Shown piece after piece: positions 39,284 through 49,257 of a DNA stretch of 64,000 nt (position 1 is its first letter; each line of letters begins with the position of its first letter). Made by a program: the position numbers and the translations under genes. This stretch comes from an uncultured delta proteobacterium (GTDB taxonomy: Bacteria > Desulfobacterota > Binatia > Binatales > Binataceae). The DNA is taken from assembly GCA_963794325.1 (NCBI GenBank), contig CAWCDG010000004.1, positions 992,001-1,056,000 on the forward strand. Reading direction: 5' to 3'. The notes under the pieces are model-generated. The model did not search any database. It was not told where the DNA came from and worked only from the letters and a program-made list of their open reading frames with translations.

Positions 39284-40633
39284 ATGAATCAATCTCACGT
39301 CACCGTAGTCGGAGCAGGCCTCGCAGGCAGCGAAGCCGCATGGCAACTCGCGCGACGAGGCATCCCCGTCCGCCTCGTCGAGATGCGCCCGGTCAAAATG
39401 ACCGAAGCGCATCACACCTCCGATTTCGCCGAACTCGTCTGCTCCAATTCGCTCCGCAACGATTCGATGGACACCGCGGTCGGCGTCCTCAAACAAGAGA
39501 TGCGCCGGCTCGGCTCGCTCGTAATCGCGTCCGCCGATCGCGCGCGCGTGCCCGCCGGCTCCGCCCTCGCCGTCGATCGCGATGATTTCTCCCGCGCCAT
39601 CACTGCGGCGCTCGAGGGCCATCCGATGGTCGAAATCTCTCGCACTGAGTCCTGCGAGATTCCCACCGGCCTCACGATTCTCGCCACCGGCCCCTTGACC
39701 AGCCCCGCACTCGGCGATTCTCTGAACAATCTGATCGGTCCGCGCAACCTGTATTTCTACGACGCCATCGCACCAATCGTCGCCGCCGATTCGGTCGATA
39801 TGAGTATCGCGTTCATGGCCTCGCGCTACGGCAAGGGCGGCGACGATTACATCAACTGCCCAATGACCGAGGCTCAGTACGAAGCCTTCGTCTCTGCCGT
39901 CGTCGCGGCTGAAAAAATTGATCTGCACCCGTTCGAGAAGCCGGTTTATTTCGAAGGATGCATGCCGATCGAGGAAATGGCGCGGCGCGGCCCGATGACC
40001 CTCGCCTTCGGCCCGATGCGCCCGGTCGGGCTCTCAGAGCCACGCAGCGGCCGTCGCCCTTTCGCAGTAGTGCAGCTCAGACAGGACGACGCCGAAGCCC
40101 GTCTCTACAATATGGTCGGCTTCCAGACCAAGATGACGTACCCTGAGCAGCGCCGGGTCTTGCGCATGATCCCCGGTCTGGAGAAAGCGGAGTTCGTTCG
40201 CCTCGGCTCGATCCATCGCAACACGTTCGTCGATTCGCCGCGCCTGCTCCGGCCCACGCTCCAGCTCAAAACCCGCGACGATCTGTTTCTCGCGGGCCAG
40301 ATGGTCGGGGTCGAAGGCTACGTCGAGTCAGCGTCGGCGGGATTGCTCGCCGGTATTAACACCGCGAACCTCGTGATGAATCGCGCACTGATCGTGCCAC
40401 CGCCCGAGACCTCGGTCGGCTCATTGATCGCCTATATCACCGATACGACGCGGCGCGATTTTCAACCGATGAACGCCAACTACGGCCTGATGCCGGATTT
40501 GAAAATTCGCGCGCGCGGCCGCGAAAAGAAGATCGCGATGGGCACCCGCGCGCTTGCGGCTATCGACGACTGGATCCTCCGGGAACAGATCGAACCGCCC
40601 GCGTCTATGGCGTTGCGCGAACTTCGGCTATAG
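39284..40633 (+). CDS. trmFO: Folate/FAD-dependent tRNA (uracil-5)-methyltransferase TrmFO
   Basis: VGAGLAGSEAAWQ, AELVCSNS, FEGCMPIE, YNMVGFQT, GVEGYVES, FQPMNANYG. Confidence 0.96.
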   Translation: MNQSHVTVVGAGLAGSEAAWQLARRGIPVRLVEMRPVKMTEAHHTSDFAELVCSNSLRNDSMDTAVGVLKQEMRRLGSLVIASADRARVPAGSALAVDRDDFSRAITAALEGHPMVEISRTESCEIPTGLTILATGPLTSPALGDSLNNLIGPRNLYFYDAIAPIVAADSVDMSIAFMASRYGKGGDDYINCPMTEAQYEAFVSAVVAAEKIDLHPFEKPVYFEGCMPIEEMARRGPMTLAFGPMRPVGLSEPRSGRRPFAVVQLRQDDAEARLYNMVGFQTKMTYPEQRRVLRMIPGLEKAEFVRLGSIHRNTFVDSPRLLRPTLQLKTRDDLFLAGQMVGVEGYVESASAGLLAGINTANLVMNRALIVPPPETSVGSLIAYITDTTRRDFQPMNANYGLMPDLKIRARGREKKIAMGTRALAAIDDWILREQIEPPASMALRELRL

Positions 40634-40655
40634 AAATTCGCTGGAGGCCCCGTCG

Positions 40656-40925
40656 ATGACCAAAGCGGAATTGATTGATACCATCGCGCGCTCCACCGAC
40701 CTGCCGAAAAAACAGGTCGCCGCCATCCTGGACCACGCCTTCGACCAAATCGCGCGCTCGATTCGCAAGGACAAGCGTTTCTGGGTGCCCGGCTTCGGAA
40801 CTTTTTCCGTGCGCCGCCGCAAAGCGCGCGCCGGCTTCAATCCTCGCACCAACGCGCCGATGACCATCGCGGCGTCCCGCACCATAGGCTTTCGTCCCGC
40901 GCCTCAGTTGAAGAAAGGTCTCTGA
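40656..40925 (+). CDS. hup: HU family DNA-binding protein
   Basis: MTKAELID, GFGTFSVRRRKARAGFNPRT, FRPAPQLK; GGAGG RBS. Confidence 0.92.
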   Translation: MTKAELIDTIARSTDLPKKQVAAILDHAFDQIARSIRKDKRFWVPGFGTFSVRRRKARAGFNPRTNAPMTIAASRTIGFRPAPQLKKGL

Positions 40926-41008
40926 CGACGTCCGCCTCCAAAGCCGACGAGCGCGATCAGCTTCGCGATCGTCCGCGCGATCAGACGACCTCCCGCTCGA
41001 TCGTTTCT

Positions 41009-42391
41009 GTGCGCGCGCTGAGTGTCATCCTGCTAATCGTCGCGCTCGCCACGGGCACTGCGCTGCGCTTCAACAATCTAGGCGCGCTCGAGATGTCGCC
41101 CGACGAGGGCGCGTCATGGGCCGCCGCCTCCGCGCCGACCGCCGCTGACGTGATCGCACGACAACCGTCACTCAACCCCGGCGAGCTGCCGATCCACGAC
41201 CTGATGCTGCACGGATGGATCGCACTCTTCGGCTCGAGCCTGTCCGCGATGCGCTCGTTGTCCGCCGCCCTCGGTGTCACGTCGATACTGCTGGTCTATC
41301 TGGTCGTCTGCGAATTGTTCGAGGAATCCCCGCTGACCCGCGACGACGTCAGACTAGTCGCCGGACTAAGCGCGACCGTCTTCGCGGTCAACCTCGTCAC
41401 CATCAAATACTCGCGCGAGGCCCGGATGTATCCGCTGATGCTCGCCGCGATCCTCGCGCAAGTCGCGATGTTCCTACGCGCGCTTCGCGTCGGCGGTGCT
41501 GCGAACTACGCTGCCGTCGTAGTCCTGACCGCACTCGCGATCGCCTCGAACTTCGCCGCGTTGCTGATTCCCGCAACCGAAGGCCTTTGGCTCATTTATA
41601 TAATCGCGCGCACAGGACGGCGCACCGACAATGCTAACGCGCGCCGCGCATGGATCATCGCGATCGCGCTCGCCGCCGCAGGATTGATCCTGGTGCCGAA
41701 ACTTTTCTCGTCATTGCACGCAGCTTCATCAGGAAGCCTCGGCGGATGGCGCAAGCCCCCGGCCTTCTACGAACCTTTCGCGCTCTTCAACAAAGCCACC
41801 GGCAGCTTCGCATTCCCGATTCTCGCCGCGCTCGCAATCTGGGGCGCGATCCGCGGATGGCAACGCGGTGCGCGCGACTCGATCGCCTTCGCGATCCTCT
41901 GGATGTGGGCGCCGCCCCTCATCATGGTCGGCGCGTCGTACGCGCTCGCGCCAGTCTTCGTCGAACGTTACGCGCTCTCCTGCTTCGTCCCTTTTTTCAT
42001 CCTCACAGGCGTCGGAATCTTCGAGATGCCCACCGATCTGCTCCGCGTCGGCGCCCTCGCACTCGCCGTCGCATTCTCGCTTGGCCATATCGTTTCCTAC
42101 GATCGCAAACCGCACGACGCCCAATATCGCGAAGCAATCGCCGCCGCCGATTCCGCGCTCAAATCCGGCGAGACCATGACCGTCGTCCCCACCTACGCGA
42201 TCGAGGTTCTCCGTTACTATCTTCCTAGTGATCAACTCGATCGCGCAGTTCGCTATGACCCGTCGGCATCACCGGCCGCCGTGTTGATTCTCGGCGATCA
42301 GAACCTCGCGCCGGGTGAGGCTCAATCCTACAAAAGAGAATATCCTCAAGTGGTCGCGCGCCTGCGCGGCGTAATTGTGCTGCGACGGTGA
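41009..42391 (+). CDS. GT-C (GT39/ArnT-like) membrane glycosyltransferase
   Basis: SPDEGASW, RSLSAALG, YSREARMY, ERY; multiple TM helices. Confidence 0.8.
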   Translation: MRALSVILLIVALATGTALRFNNLGALEMSPDEGASWAAASAPTAADVIARQPSLNPGELPIHDLMLHGWIALFGSSLSAMRSLSAALGVTSILLVYLVVCELFEESPLTRDDVRLVAGLSATVFAVNLVTIKYSREARMYPLMLAAILAQVAMFLRALRVGGAANYAAVVVLTALAIASNFAALLIPATEGLWLIYIIARTGRRTDNANARRAWIIAIALAAAGLILVPKLFSSLHAASSGSLGGWRKPPAFYEPFALFNKATGSFAFPILAALAIWGAIRGWQRGARDSIAFAILWMWAPPLIMVGASYALAPVFVERYALSCFVPFFILTGVGIFEMPTDLLRVGALALAVAFSLGHIVSYDRKPHDAQYREAIAAADSALKSGETMTVVPTYAIEVLRYYLPSDQLDRAVRYDPSASPAAVLILGDQNLAPGEAQSYKREYPQVVARLRGVIVLRR

Positions 42392-42420
42392 AAAGGTGAA
42401 AAAGTGAAAGGTAAAATGCG

Positions 42421-43275
42421 ATGAGCGATCAGAATCCCGACGACCTGAAAATAAAAGGCCAGCAGAAAGTCGCGTGGAACGACAGCGCCGAGGGATGGAA
42501 GCGATGGTGGCCGACCTTCGAACGCAGTGCGCAGCTGGTCAACGATCGCTTGGTCCAGCTGGCCGTGTTGCGCCCCGGCCATCGCGTCCTCGATATCGCC
42601 ACCGGCAGCGGCGAGCCCGCGCTTACCGCGGCGCGCGCCGTCGGACAATCCGGACGAGTCATCGCCGTCGACATGTCCCCCGCGATGCTCGCGGTCGCGC
42701 GTGAGCGAATCGACGCGGCGGCGCTGACCAACGTCGATCTCGTCGAGTCCGACGCCGAAGCGCTCCGCCTCGATCCGCATTCCTTCGACGCCGCCCTCTG
42801 CCGATGGGGCCTCATGTTCATGCCCGACCTCGACGGCGTCATCCGCGCGATGCATCGCGCACTCAAGCCCGGCGGACACTTCGCAACCGCAGTCTGGTCG
42901 GTGGCGGACAAAGTCCCGATGTGCGGACTCGCCCGCGACGCGATTCGCCGCATCACCGGCATCGTGCCGCCGCCCAACGCGCCCGACCCAACCCGGCTCG
43001 CCGACCCGTCGATCCTCGAGCGCTCGCTCACCGCCGCAGGTTTCCACGACGTGACGATCGAACGCCTCACAGTAACCTTCGAATTCCCGTCGCCCGACGC
43101 ATTCGCCGACTTCCGCGGACAAATCGGCGGCACTCGCGCGATGCTCTCGAAGATGCCCTCGGACGTCGCCCGCCAGGTGCGCGAGGCGGTCGTCACCTCG
43201 GCCAGCGAATTCGCGACCAGCGCCGGCGTCGTGCGCCTGATCAACGAGACCATCTGCTTCGCCGCGCGCGCATAG
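42421..43275 (+). CDS. Class I SAM-dependent methyltransferase (UbiE-like)
   Basis: VLDIATGSGE, VDMSPAML, SFDAALCRWGLMF, LKPGG. Confidence 0.9.
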   Translation: MSDQNPDDLKIKGQQKVAWNDSAEGWKRWWPTFERSAQLVNDRLVQLAVLRPGHRVLDIATGSGEPALTAARAVGQSGRVIAVDMSPAMLAVARERIDAAALTNVDLVESDAEALRLDPHSFDAALCRWGLMFMPDLDGVIRAMHRALKPGGHFATAVWSVADKVPMCGLARDAIRRITGIVPPPNAPDPTRLADPSILERSLTAAGFHDVTIERLTVTFEFPSPDAFADFRGQIGGTRAMLSKMPSDVARQVREAVVTSASEFATSAGVVRLINETICFAARA

Positions 43276-43409
43276 CGGAGTACGCATAACTCCCCCGTTC
43301 TGCGGAGGCGATTGAAGGTTAAACCTATTAACAAGGGGTACTTGAAACTATTACATCATGTAGGTAGCTTTACTGCCGTCTGCGGAATCGCCAATTTCTG
43401 GGGGGTACG

Positions 43410-43853
43410 ATGACGGTCCAGGACGCACTCCGAAAAATCGCTCTGCTGCGCAAGGTCAGCGAGGATAAGGGAGCCTTGGTGGCGGAGCGAGAAACTGCGC
43501 ACCGTTTACAGAAGGTCCTGATGGAGCGTTACGCGATCAAGGCTCAGGATGTCCCTGAGGGCGCACCCGCGCAGGCGACACCCTTTCGCTTGAACTGGGA
43601 TTATTGGCGCGAACTGCTCGACGAGTTCGACCTGCGCCTGACCCATTTCGGCGGTCGCGGCAGCGCCGAGGTCGGCAAAAGAATGATCGTCTATATCAGG
43701 CTGGCCACCAACCAATGGTGGATCGATGAGAAGTCTCCGCCCGGCTGGAATACGATTGTTCGCGACAATGGTCTCGATTCACTGCGCGCCTACCTTAAAG
43801 AGCACGCCCCAAGAAGCTACTCCTTCTCAACCGCCGACCGCCGCAACCGCTAG
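43410..43853 (+). CDS. Hypothetical protein with DUF2786-like N-terminus
   Basis: LRKIALLRK....ERETAHRLQKVLMERY; ATG preceded by a G-rich RBS. Confidence 0.6.
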   Translation: MTVQDALRKIALLRKVSEDKGALVAERETAHRLQKVLMERYAIKAQDVPEGAPAQATPFRLNWDYWRELLDEFDLRLTHFGGRGSAEVGKRMIVYIRLATNQWWIDEKSPPGWNTIVRDNGLDSLRAYLKEHAPRSYSFSTADRRNR

Positions 43854-43877
43854 CCCACTCTACTGCTGTTCTCTAAA

Positions 43878-43964
43878 ATCCGGTTCCCCTCCCCGCGCGG
43901 GAAGCGCTTACTCCCAACGATCCGGTTCCCCTTCCCACTATGGGAAGGGGTTAGGGGTTAGGTT
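43878..43964 (-). repeat. Family E repeat, one partial and one full copy
   Basis: TCCGGTTCCCC occurs twice; GGGAAGGGGTTAGGGGTTAGGTT. Confidence 0.88.
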
Positions 43965-44103
43965 GCCGAGGATCAATCTCAAACTCCGAACTGCATCCGC
44001 CATCCACCACTGGAAATGCGCCGTCAGTATGGTAGTAAGGTAGTCCGCCGCAGCGCCCACCAAGCGAGCGCGCGGTATCGCACATTCAAGGAGCACTCAA
44101 ACG

Positions 44104-45189
44104 ATGAAAGCCGCCGTTTTCCACGGGCCCAAGTTGCCCCTCAGTATCGAGGATGTCGAACTCGACAAGCCCCAGGACCGCGAAGTCCTGATCAAAACCG
44201 TCGCCAGCGGCGTATGCCACAGCGATCTCCACTTCGTCGACGGCTTCTATCCGTATCCCGCGCCCGCGGTGCTCGGCCACGAGGCCGCCGGCATCATCGA
44301 GGAAGTCGGCAAGCAGGTGACCTACGTGAAGCCCGGCGATCACGTCATCTGCTGCCTCTCAGTATTCTGCGGCATGTGCGAACAGTGCATGTCGGGCCAT
44401 CCCAACCGATGCTCGAACAAGCAGGCCACCCAGCGCAATCCGGCCGACAAGCCGCGCATCTCGCAGAAAGGCAAGCCCGTCTTCCAGTTCCTCGACATCT
44501 CGTCCTACTGCGAGAAAATGCTGCTCCATGAAAACGCAGTCGTGAAAATTCGCGAGGACTTCCCGCTCGATCGCGCCGCGCTCATCGGATGCGGCGTCAC
44601 CACCGGCGTCGGCGCCGTCCTCAACACCGCGAAGATCGAGCCCGGCTCGACCGTCGCAGTCTTCGGTGCCGGCGGCGTCGGACTCGCCGCAATCCAGGGC
44701 GCGCGAATCGCCGGCGCGCGCAAAATAATCGCGGTCGATATGTTCGAGGGCAAACTCGCGATGGCCAAGCGGCTCGGCGCGACCGACACCGTCGACGCCT
44801 CGAGCAGCGATCCCGTCGACGAAATCCGCAAGATGACCGGCGGCGGCGTCGATTACTCTTTCGAAGCGATCGGCCTCAAGAAAGCCGCCGAGCAGGCCTT
44901 CAACTCGCTCAAGGCCGGCGGCACCGCCACGGTGATCGGCATGATCCCGGTCGGCCAGAAGGTCGAAATCGACGGCTACATGTTTCTCACCGAGCGCAAA
45001 CTGCAAGGCTCCAACATGGGCTCGAACCGCTTCCGCATCGACATGCCCAAGTACATCGACTTCTACCTGCAGGGCCGCCTCAACCTCGACGATATGATCA
45101 GCCAGCGCCGCAAACTCGAAGACGTCAACGACGCCTTCCGCGCGATGAAGGCCGGCGAAGTCGCGCGCACAGTTCTTATGTTCAACTAG
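44104..45189 (+). CDS. Zn-dependent alcohol dehydrogenase
   Basis: GVCHSD, LGHEAAG, CGMCEQC..C, GAGGVG. Confidence 0.93.
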   Translation: MKAAVFHGPKLPLSIEDVELDKPQDREVLIKTVASGVCHSDLHFVDGFYPYPAPAVLGHEAAGIIEEVGKQVTYVKPGDHVICCLSVFCGMCEQCMSGHPNRCSNKQATQRNPADKPRISQKGKPVFQFLDISSYCEKMLLHENAVVKIREDFPLDRAALIGCGVTTGVGAVLNTAKIEPGSTVAVFGAGGVGLAAIQGARIAGARKIIAVDMFEGKLAMAKRLGATDTVDASSSDPVDEIRKMTGGGVDYSFEAIGLKKAAEQAFNSLKAGGTATVIGMIPVGQKVEIDGYMFLTERKLQGSNMGSNRFRIDMPKYIDFYLQGRLNLDDMISQRRKLEDVNDAFRAMKAGEVARTVLMFN

Positions 45190-45229
45190 CGTTGATTCAC
45201 TGAAAAAAGGAATTCGAGGTTCTAAAAAA

Positions 45230-46315
45230 ATGAAAGCTGCTGTCTTCCACGGTCCCGGTCAGCCACTCACCATCGAGCAAGTCGATATCGACGAACCCAA
45301 AGAGCGCGAAGTCGTCGTCCGCACCGTCGCCAGCGGCGTATGCCACAGCGATCTCCATTTCGTGGACGGCCTCTACATGTGGCCGACCCCCGCGATCCTC
45401 GGCCACGAGGCCGCCGGCGTCGTCGAGAAAGTCGGCTCGCAGGTCTCGTACCTCAAGCCCGGCGACCACGTCATCGCATGCCTGTCGGTCTTCTGCGGTT
45501 ACTGCGAAGAATGTATGTCCGGACATCCCAACCTATGCTCTAACAAAGCCGCCACCCAGCGCGGACCCAGCGACAAGCCGCGCCTCTCGCAGAAGGGCAA
45601 GATGGTCAATCAGTTCGCCGACCTCTCGGGCTACGCCGAAAAGATGCTGCTGCATGAAAACGCGCTGGTGAAAATTGCCGACGACGTGCCGCTCGATCGC
45701 GCCGCGCTGATCGGATGCGGCGTGATGACCGGCGTCGGCGCTGCGCTCAACACCGCGAAAGTCGCACCCGGCTCGACCGTCGCCGTATTCGGCGCCGGCG
45801 GCGTCGGCCTCGCGATCATCCAGGGCGCGCGAATCGCCGGCGCGCGCATGATCATCGCGGTCGATAAATTTCCCGCGAAGCTCGAGCTCGCCAAAAAACT
45901 CGGCGCAACTCACGCCGTCGACGCGTCCAAGGGTGACGCCGTCGATCAGATTCGCGCACTCACCAACGGCGGCGTCGAGTACTCCTTCGAAGCGATCGGC
46001 CTCAAAGTCGCCGCCGAGCAGGCCTACGAATCGCTCACCGCGGGAGGCATCGCCACCATAGTAGGGATGGTCCCCCTTGGCCAGAAGGTCGACGTCGACG
46101 GCTTCTCGCTGCTCTTCGAAAAGCGCATCCAGGGATGCTTCATGGGCTCGAACCGTTTCCGCATCGACATGCCCCGCATCATCGAGCTCTACCAGCAAGG
46201 CCGCCTCGACCTCGACGACATGATCACCCGCCGCGGCAAACTCGAAGACGTGAACGAAGCCTTCCGCGCCATGAAAGCCGGCGAAGTAGCCCGCACCGTC
46301 CTGATGTTCGACTAA
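45230..46315 (+). CDS. Zn-dependent alcohol dehydrogenase, tandem paralog
   Basis: Same motifs and same length (361 aa) as the upstream gene. Confidence 0.93.
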   Translation: MKAAVFHGPGQPLTIEQVDIDEPKEREVVVRTVASGVCHSDLHFVDGLYMWPTPAILGHEAAGVVEKVGSQVSYLKPGDHVIACLSVFCGYCEECMSGHPNLCSNKAATQRGPSDKPRLSQKGKMVNQFADLSGYAEKMLLHENALVKIADDVPLDRAALIGCGVMTGVGAALNTAKVAPGSTVAVFGAGGVGLAIIQGARIAGARMIIAVDKFPAKLELAKKLGATHAVDASKGDAVDQIRALTNGGVEYSFEAIGLKVAAEQAYESLTAGGIATIVGMVPLGQKVDVDGFSLLFEKRIQGCFMGSNRFRIDMPRIIELYQQGRLDLDDMITRRGKLEDVNEAFRAMKAGEVARTVLMFD

Positions 46316-46342
46316 CCGCGCATCGCTAAATCGAAATCACCC

Positions 46343-46373
46343 AGGGCCGATCGGAAAATCTCCGATCGGCCCT
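46343..46373 (+). terminator. Hairpin, probable terminator after the ADH pair
   Basis: AGGGCCGATCGGA-aaatc-TCCGATCGGCCCT 13 bp stem; weak U tract. Confidence 0.55.
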
Positions 46374-46414
46374 TGCGTGTCATCCTCACGAACCCGAGCA
46401 ACGGGCAGTTAGTT

Positions 46415-46460
46415 TGTCATCCTGACGGAGCGAGCAACGCGAGCGGCTGGAAGGATCTCG
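46415..46460 (+). repeat. Family D half repeat (GTCATCCTGA...GAAGGATCT)
   Basis: Similar to the left arms at 53331 and 56886. Confidence 0.65.
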
Positions 46461-46622
46461 GACAGCTTCGCATCAGCGAAGCCGGTTCCGGTCTCTGAGA
46501 TCGCGCGCTGCGCGCGCTCCACTTCTGCCGCCGGTCTCCGAAAATCGCGCCAGCGCTCCTTCAAATCCGTTTGGCTTCACCCCGAATAATCGCAATCATG
46601 ATCCCCGGAGGACTCTCATCCG

Positions 46623-47303
46623 ATGCCCTCAGAACACGTGGTATTCCTATTCGACGTCGATAACACCCTGATCGACAACGATCACATCGTTGCCGACATG
46701 AAGCGCAATCTCGAACGCGACATCGGCAACGAACAGCAACAGCGCTACTGGGACTACTTCGAGGAGCTGCGCACCGAGCTCGGCTACGCGGACTACCTCG
46801 GCGCACTGCAACGCTACCGCGTCAATCATCCGCGCGACTTCGGAATCATCGCAGTCTCCTACTTCCTGATGAACTATCACTTCGCCAACCGCCTCTTCCC
46901 CTGCGCGCTCGATATCATCGAGCAGTACCAGCAATACGGCGAGACCGCGATCCTCTCCGACGGCGACATGATTTTTCAGCCGCTGAAAATCGAACGCTCA
47001 GGCCTGCGCGAAGCGGTCGACGAAAAAGTGATGATCTACATCCACAAGGAACAGGAACTCGACGACGTAAAAGTCCGCTACCCCGCCGACCACTACGTCC
47101 TTATCGACGACAAAGTCCGAATCCTCGACGCAGTAAAAAAAACCTGGGGCGCAAAAGTCACCACCGTCTTCCCCCGCCAGGGCCACTACGCCGCCGACTC
47201 CAAGGAAATCGCAAAGTACATGCCCCCCGACGTTACCGTCGACAGAATCGACCAACTCCGCGACTACGATCTAACGAAACTCCGCGCCGCAACGAAGGGA
47301 TAA
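46623..47303 (+). CDS. HAD family hydrolase
   Basis: FLFDVDNTL motif I, ILSDGD, K, LIDDK motif IV; GGAGG RBS. Confidence 0.88.
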   Translation: MPSEHVVFLFDVDNTLIDNDHIVADMKRNLERDIGNEQQQRYWDYFEELRTELGYADYLGALQRYRVNHPRDFGIIAVSYFLMNYHFANRLFPCALDIIEQYQQYGETAILSDGDMIFQPLKIERSGLREAVDEKVMIYIHKEQELDDVKVRYPADHYVLIDDKVRILDAVKKTWGAKVTTVFPRQGHYAADSKEIAKYMPPDVTVDRIDQLRDYDLTKLRAATKG

Positions 47304-47333
47304 GCTCTCGACCGCAAGAGCGAGCGACGCTCC

Positions 47334-47571
47334 ATCCTAACCTCCCCTTGTCCGAGGGGAGGTCGGCGAAAGCCGCGAAGCGGTGTCGCCGGGTGAGGTG
47401 CAACGCGCGACATCCCACCAACCCCGACTCGTTTAATCTCAATCTCAGAAACACGAATTCGCCGCTCGACAGCAGTACAACGGACATCGTTGTGACGGCC
47501 AGCGTTGCACCCCTCCCGTCGCACTCCTTCGGCGCGCGCCGACCTCCCCTCGGACAAGGGGAGGTTAGGAT
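47334..47571. repeat. Family C element with perfect 35 bp terminal inverted repeats
   Basis: ATCCTAACCTCCCCTTGTCCGAGGGGAGGTCGGCG and its exact reverse complement at the other end. Confidence 0.92.
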
Positions 47572-47631
47572 CGCTTCGCTCTAGAATCACACAAAAAGTG
47601 AACAGGCCAGGTGTTGTGACGTCGCCCGAGA

Positions 47632-47800
47632 GCCTAACCCCTTCCTGAGCGAAGGGAACCGGACGAGTAGAAAACCCTCTTCCCAGAAATAAACTTCTAA
47701 AGGGACAAGTCCCGCATCTTCTTTTTATCACTGGGTGCAGGGGTCACCCCTGCCGCGGAAGCGTGAAACCCGCGAAGGGTTTCACATTAAATAAAGTGAT
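47632..47800 (+). repeat. Degenerate family E repeat plus family A element (H2, T1)
   Basis: GGGACAAGTCCC, core at 47733, GTGAAACCCGCGAAGGGTTTCAC. Confidence 0.9.
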
Positions 47801-47817
47801 CTCCCCTTCCCCCTCTC

Positions 47818-48735
47818 CTACGCGCGCATCGACGCTCGCGTATTCCCCAACAACATCTCCGCGACCGCCGTCAGATCATTGTCATCGTAATAATCGATTT
47901 CGATCCTTCCTGGACTCCGCCCTCGACGCCTGAAAATTCTGACCTTGCGTTTGAGCGCGCGCTGCAAGCCCTCGGCCAGCGCATTCAGATTGGCGTCGCC
48001 GCCGCCGCCGGATCGCGACGATGCGTTTTTCGATCCACGGGGACGTCCCACCGTCGCCATTTCCTCGGCACCGCGCGACGAGATTCCAACCGCCGCAATT
48101 CGCCGCGCCGCCGATATCTGCTTCTCGGCCGATTGTATCGAGAGCAGCGGCCGCGCCTGTCCCGCCCTGAGCTCCCCCTTCGCGATCATATTCAGAATCG
48201 GCTGCGGCAGTTCCAGCAAGCGCAGCGTATTGCCGACGTACGGCCGGCTCTTGCCAACCCGCGATGCGATCTCGTCATGGGTCAGCCCGAAATGATCGAC
48301 CAGCCGGAAAAACGCGAGCCCTTCTTCGACTGCGTTCAAGTCCTCTCGCACGATATTTTCGACCAGCGACATTTCCAGCGCCGCGCGGTCGTCGAGTTCG
48401 CGCACCACCACCGGAACTGTCTCGAGCCCCGCCGCACGCGCCGCGCGCAGCCGCCGCTCACCGGCGATCAGCTCGTAGAGCGGACCGTCGGTGTCGGGCG
48501 CGTCGATTCGGCGCACGATCAGCGGCTCGATTATTCCCTGGCTCTGAATCGCGCGGGTAAGTTCCGCGAGCCGTTCCTTGTCGAAATTTATCCGCGGCTG
48601 AAACGCACCGGCCGTGATACTCCCGACTGGCGCCATCTTGAATTGCGAGTCGAGGTTATCTGCCGCGCCTGTTTCACTCGCCGGCGCATTCCCGATCAGC
48701 GCATCAAGCCCGCGCCCCAATGGTTTCCGCATCAT
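47818..48735 (-). CDS. parB: Chromosome partitioning protein ParB
   Basis: LGRGLDAL, FQPR, LIAGERRLRA, LVENIVREDLNAVEE, GKSR helix-turn-helix. Confidence 0.96.
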   Translation of the reverse strand: MMRKPLGRGLDALIGNAPASETGAADNLDSQFKMAPVGSITAGAFQPRINFDKERLAELTRAIQSQGIIEPLIVRRIDAPDTDGPLYELIAGERRLRAARAAGLETVPVVVRELDDRAALEMSLVENIVREDLNAVEEGLAFFRLVDHFGLTHDEIASRVGKSRPYVGNTLRLLELPQPILNMIAKGELRAGQARPLLSIQSAEKQISAARRIAAVGISSRGAEEMATVGRPRGSKNASSRSGGGGDANLNALAEGLQRALKRKVRIFRRRGRSPGRIEIDYYDDNDLTAVAEMLLGNTRASMRA

Positions 48736-48777
48736 CGTGATAGTCCTCGTGCGATTTAGATCGTGCTTGAACCAAGC

Positions 48778-49257
48778 AACCTAACCCCTAACCCCTTCAC
48801 GAGCGGGAAGGGGAACCGGATTTGAGACAACTATTGCGCCTCGTCCTATCCCCCTCACCCCCTTTCCCGCGGGAAAAGGGGAACAGAAAGGATCGTGATC
48901 CGATCCTAACCTCCCCTTGTCCGAGGGGAGGTCGGCGAAAGCCGCGCAGCGGTGTCGCCGGGAGAGGTGCAACGTGCGACAGCCCACCAACTTCGACTCG
49001 TTTAATCTGAATGCAGAGACACAAGTTCGCTGCTCGACAGCAGCACAACGAGCGATGGTGCTACGGCCAGCGCTGCACCTCTCCCGTCGCACTCCTTCGG
49101 CGCGCGCCGACCTCCCCTCGGACAAGGGGAGGTCAGATCCCTCCGCCCCCGACGAACTTCTAACAGGGGCGCAGCCCCGCATCTTCTCTTTGATACCGGG
49201 TGCAGGGGTCACCCCTGCCCAGGGAGGTGTGGAACCCACGGCGGGTTCCACTACAAT
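48778..49257 (+). repeat. Repeat stack between parA and parB: E, a related hairpin, C (48903-49133) and A (H2, T3)
   Basis: All modules match copies elsewhere in the window. Confidence 0.92.
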
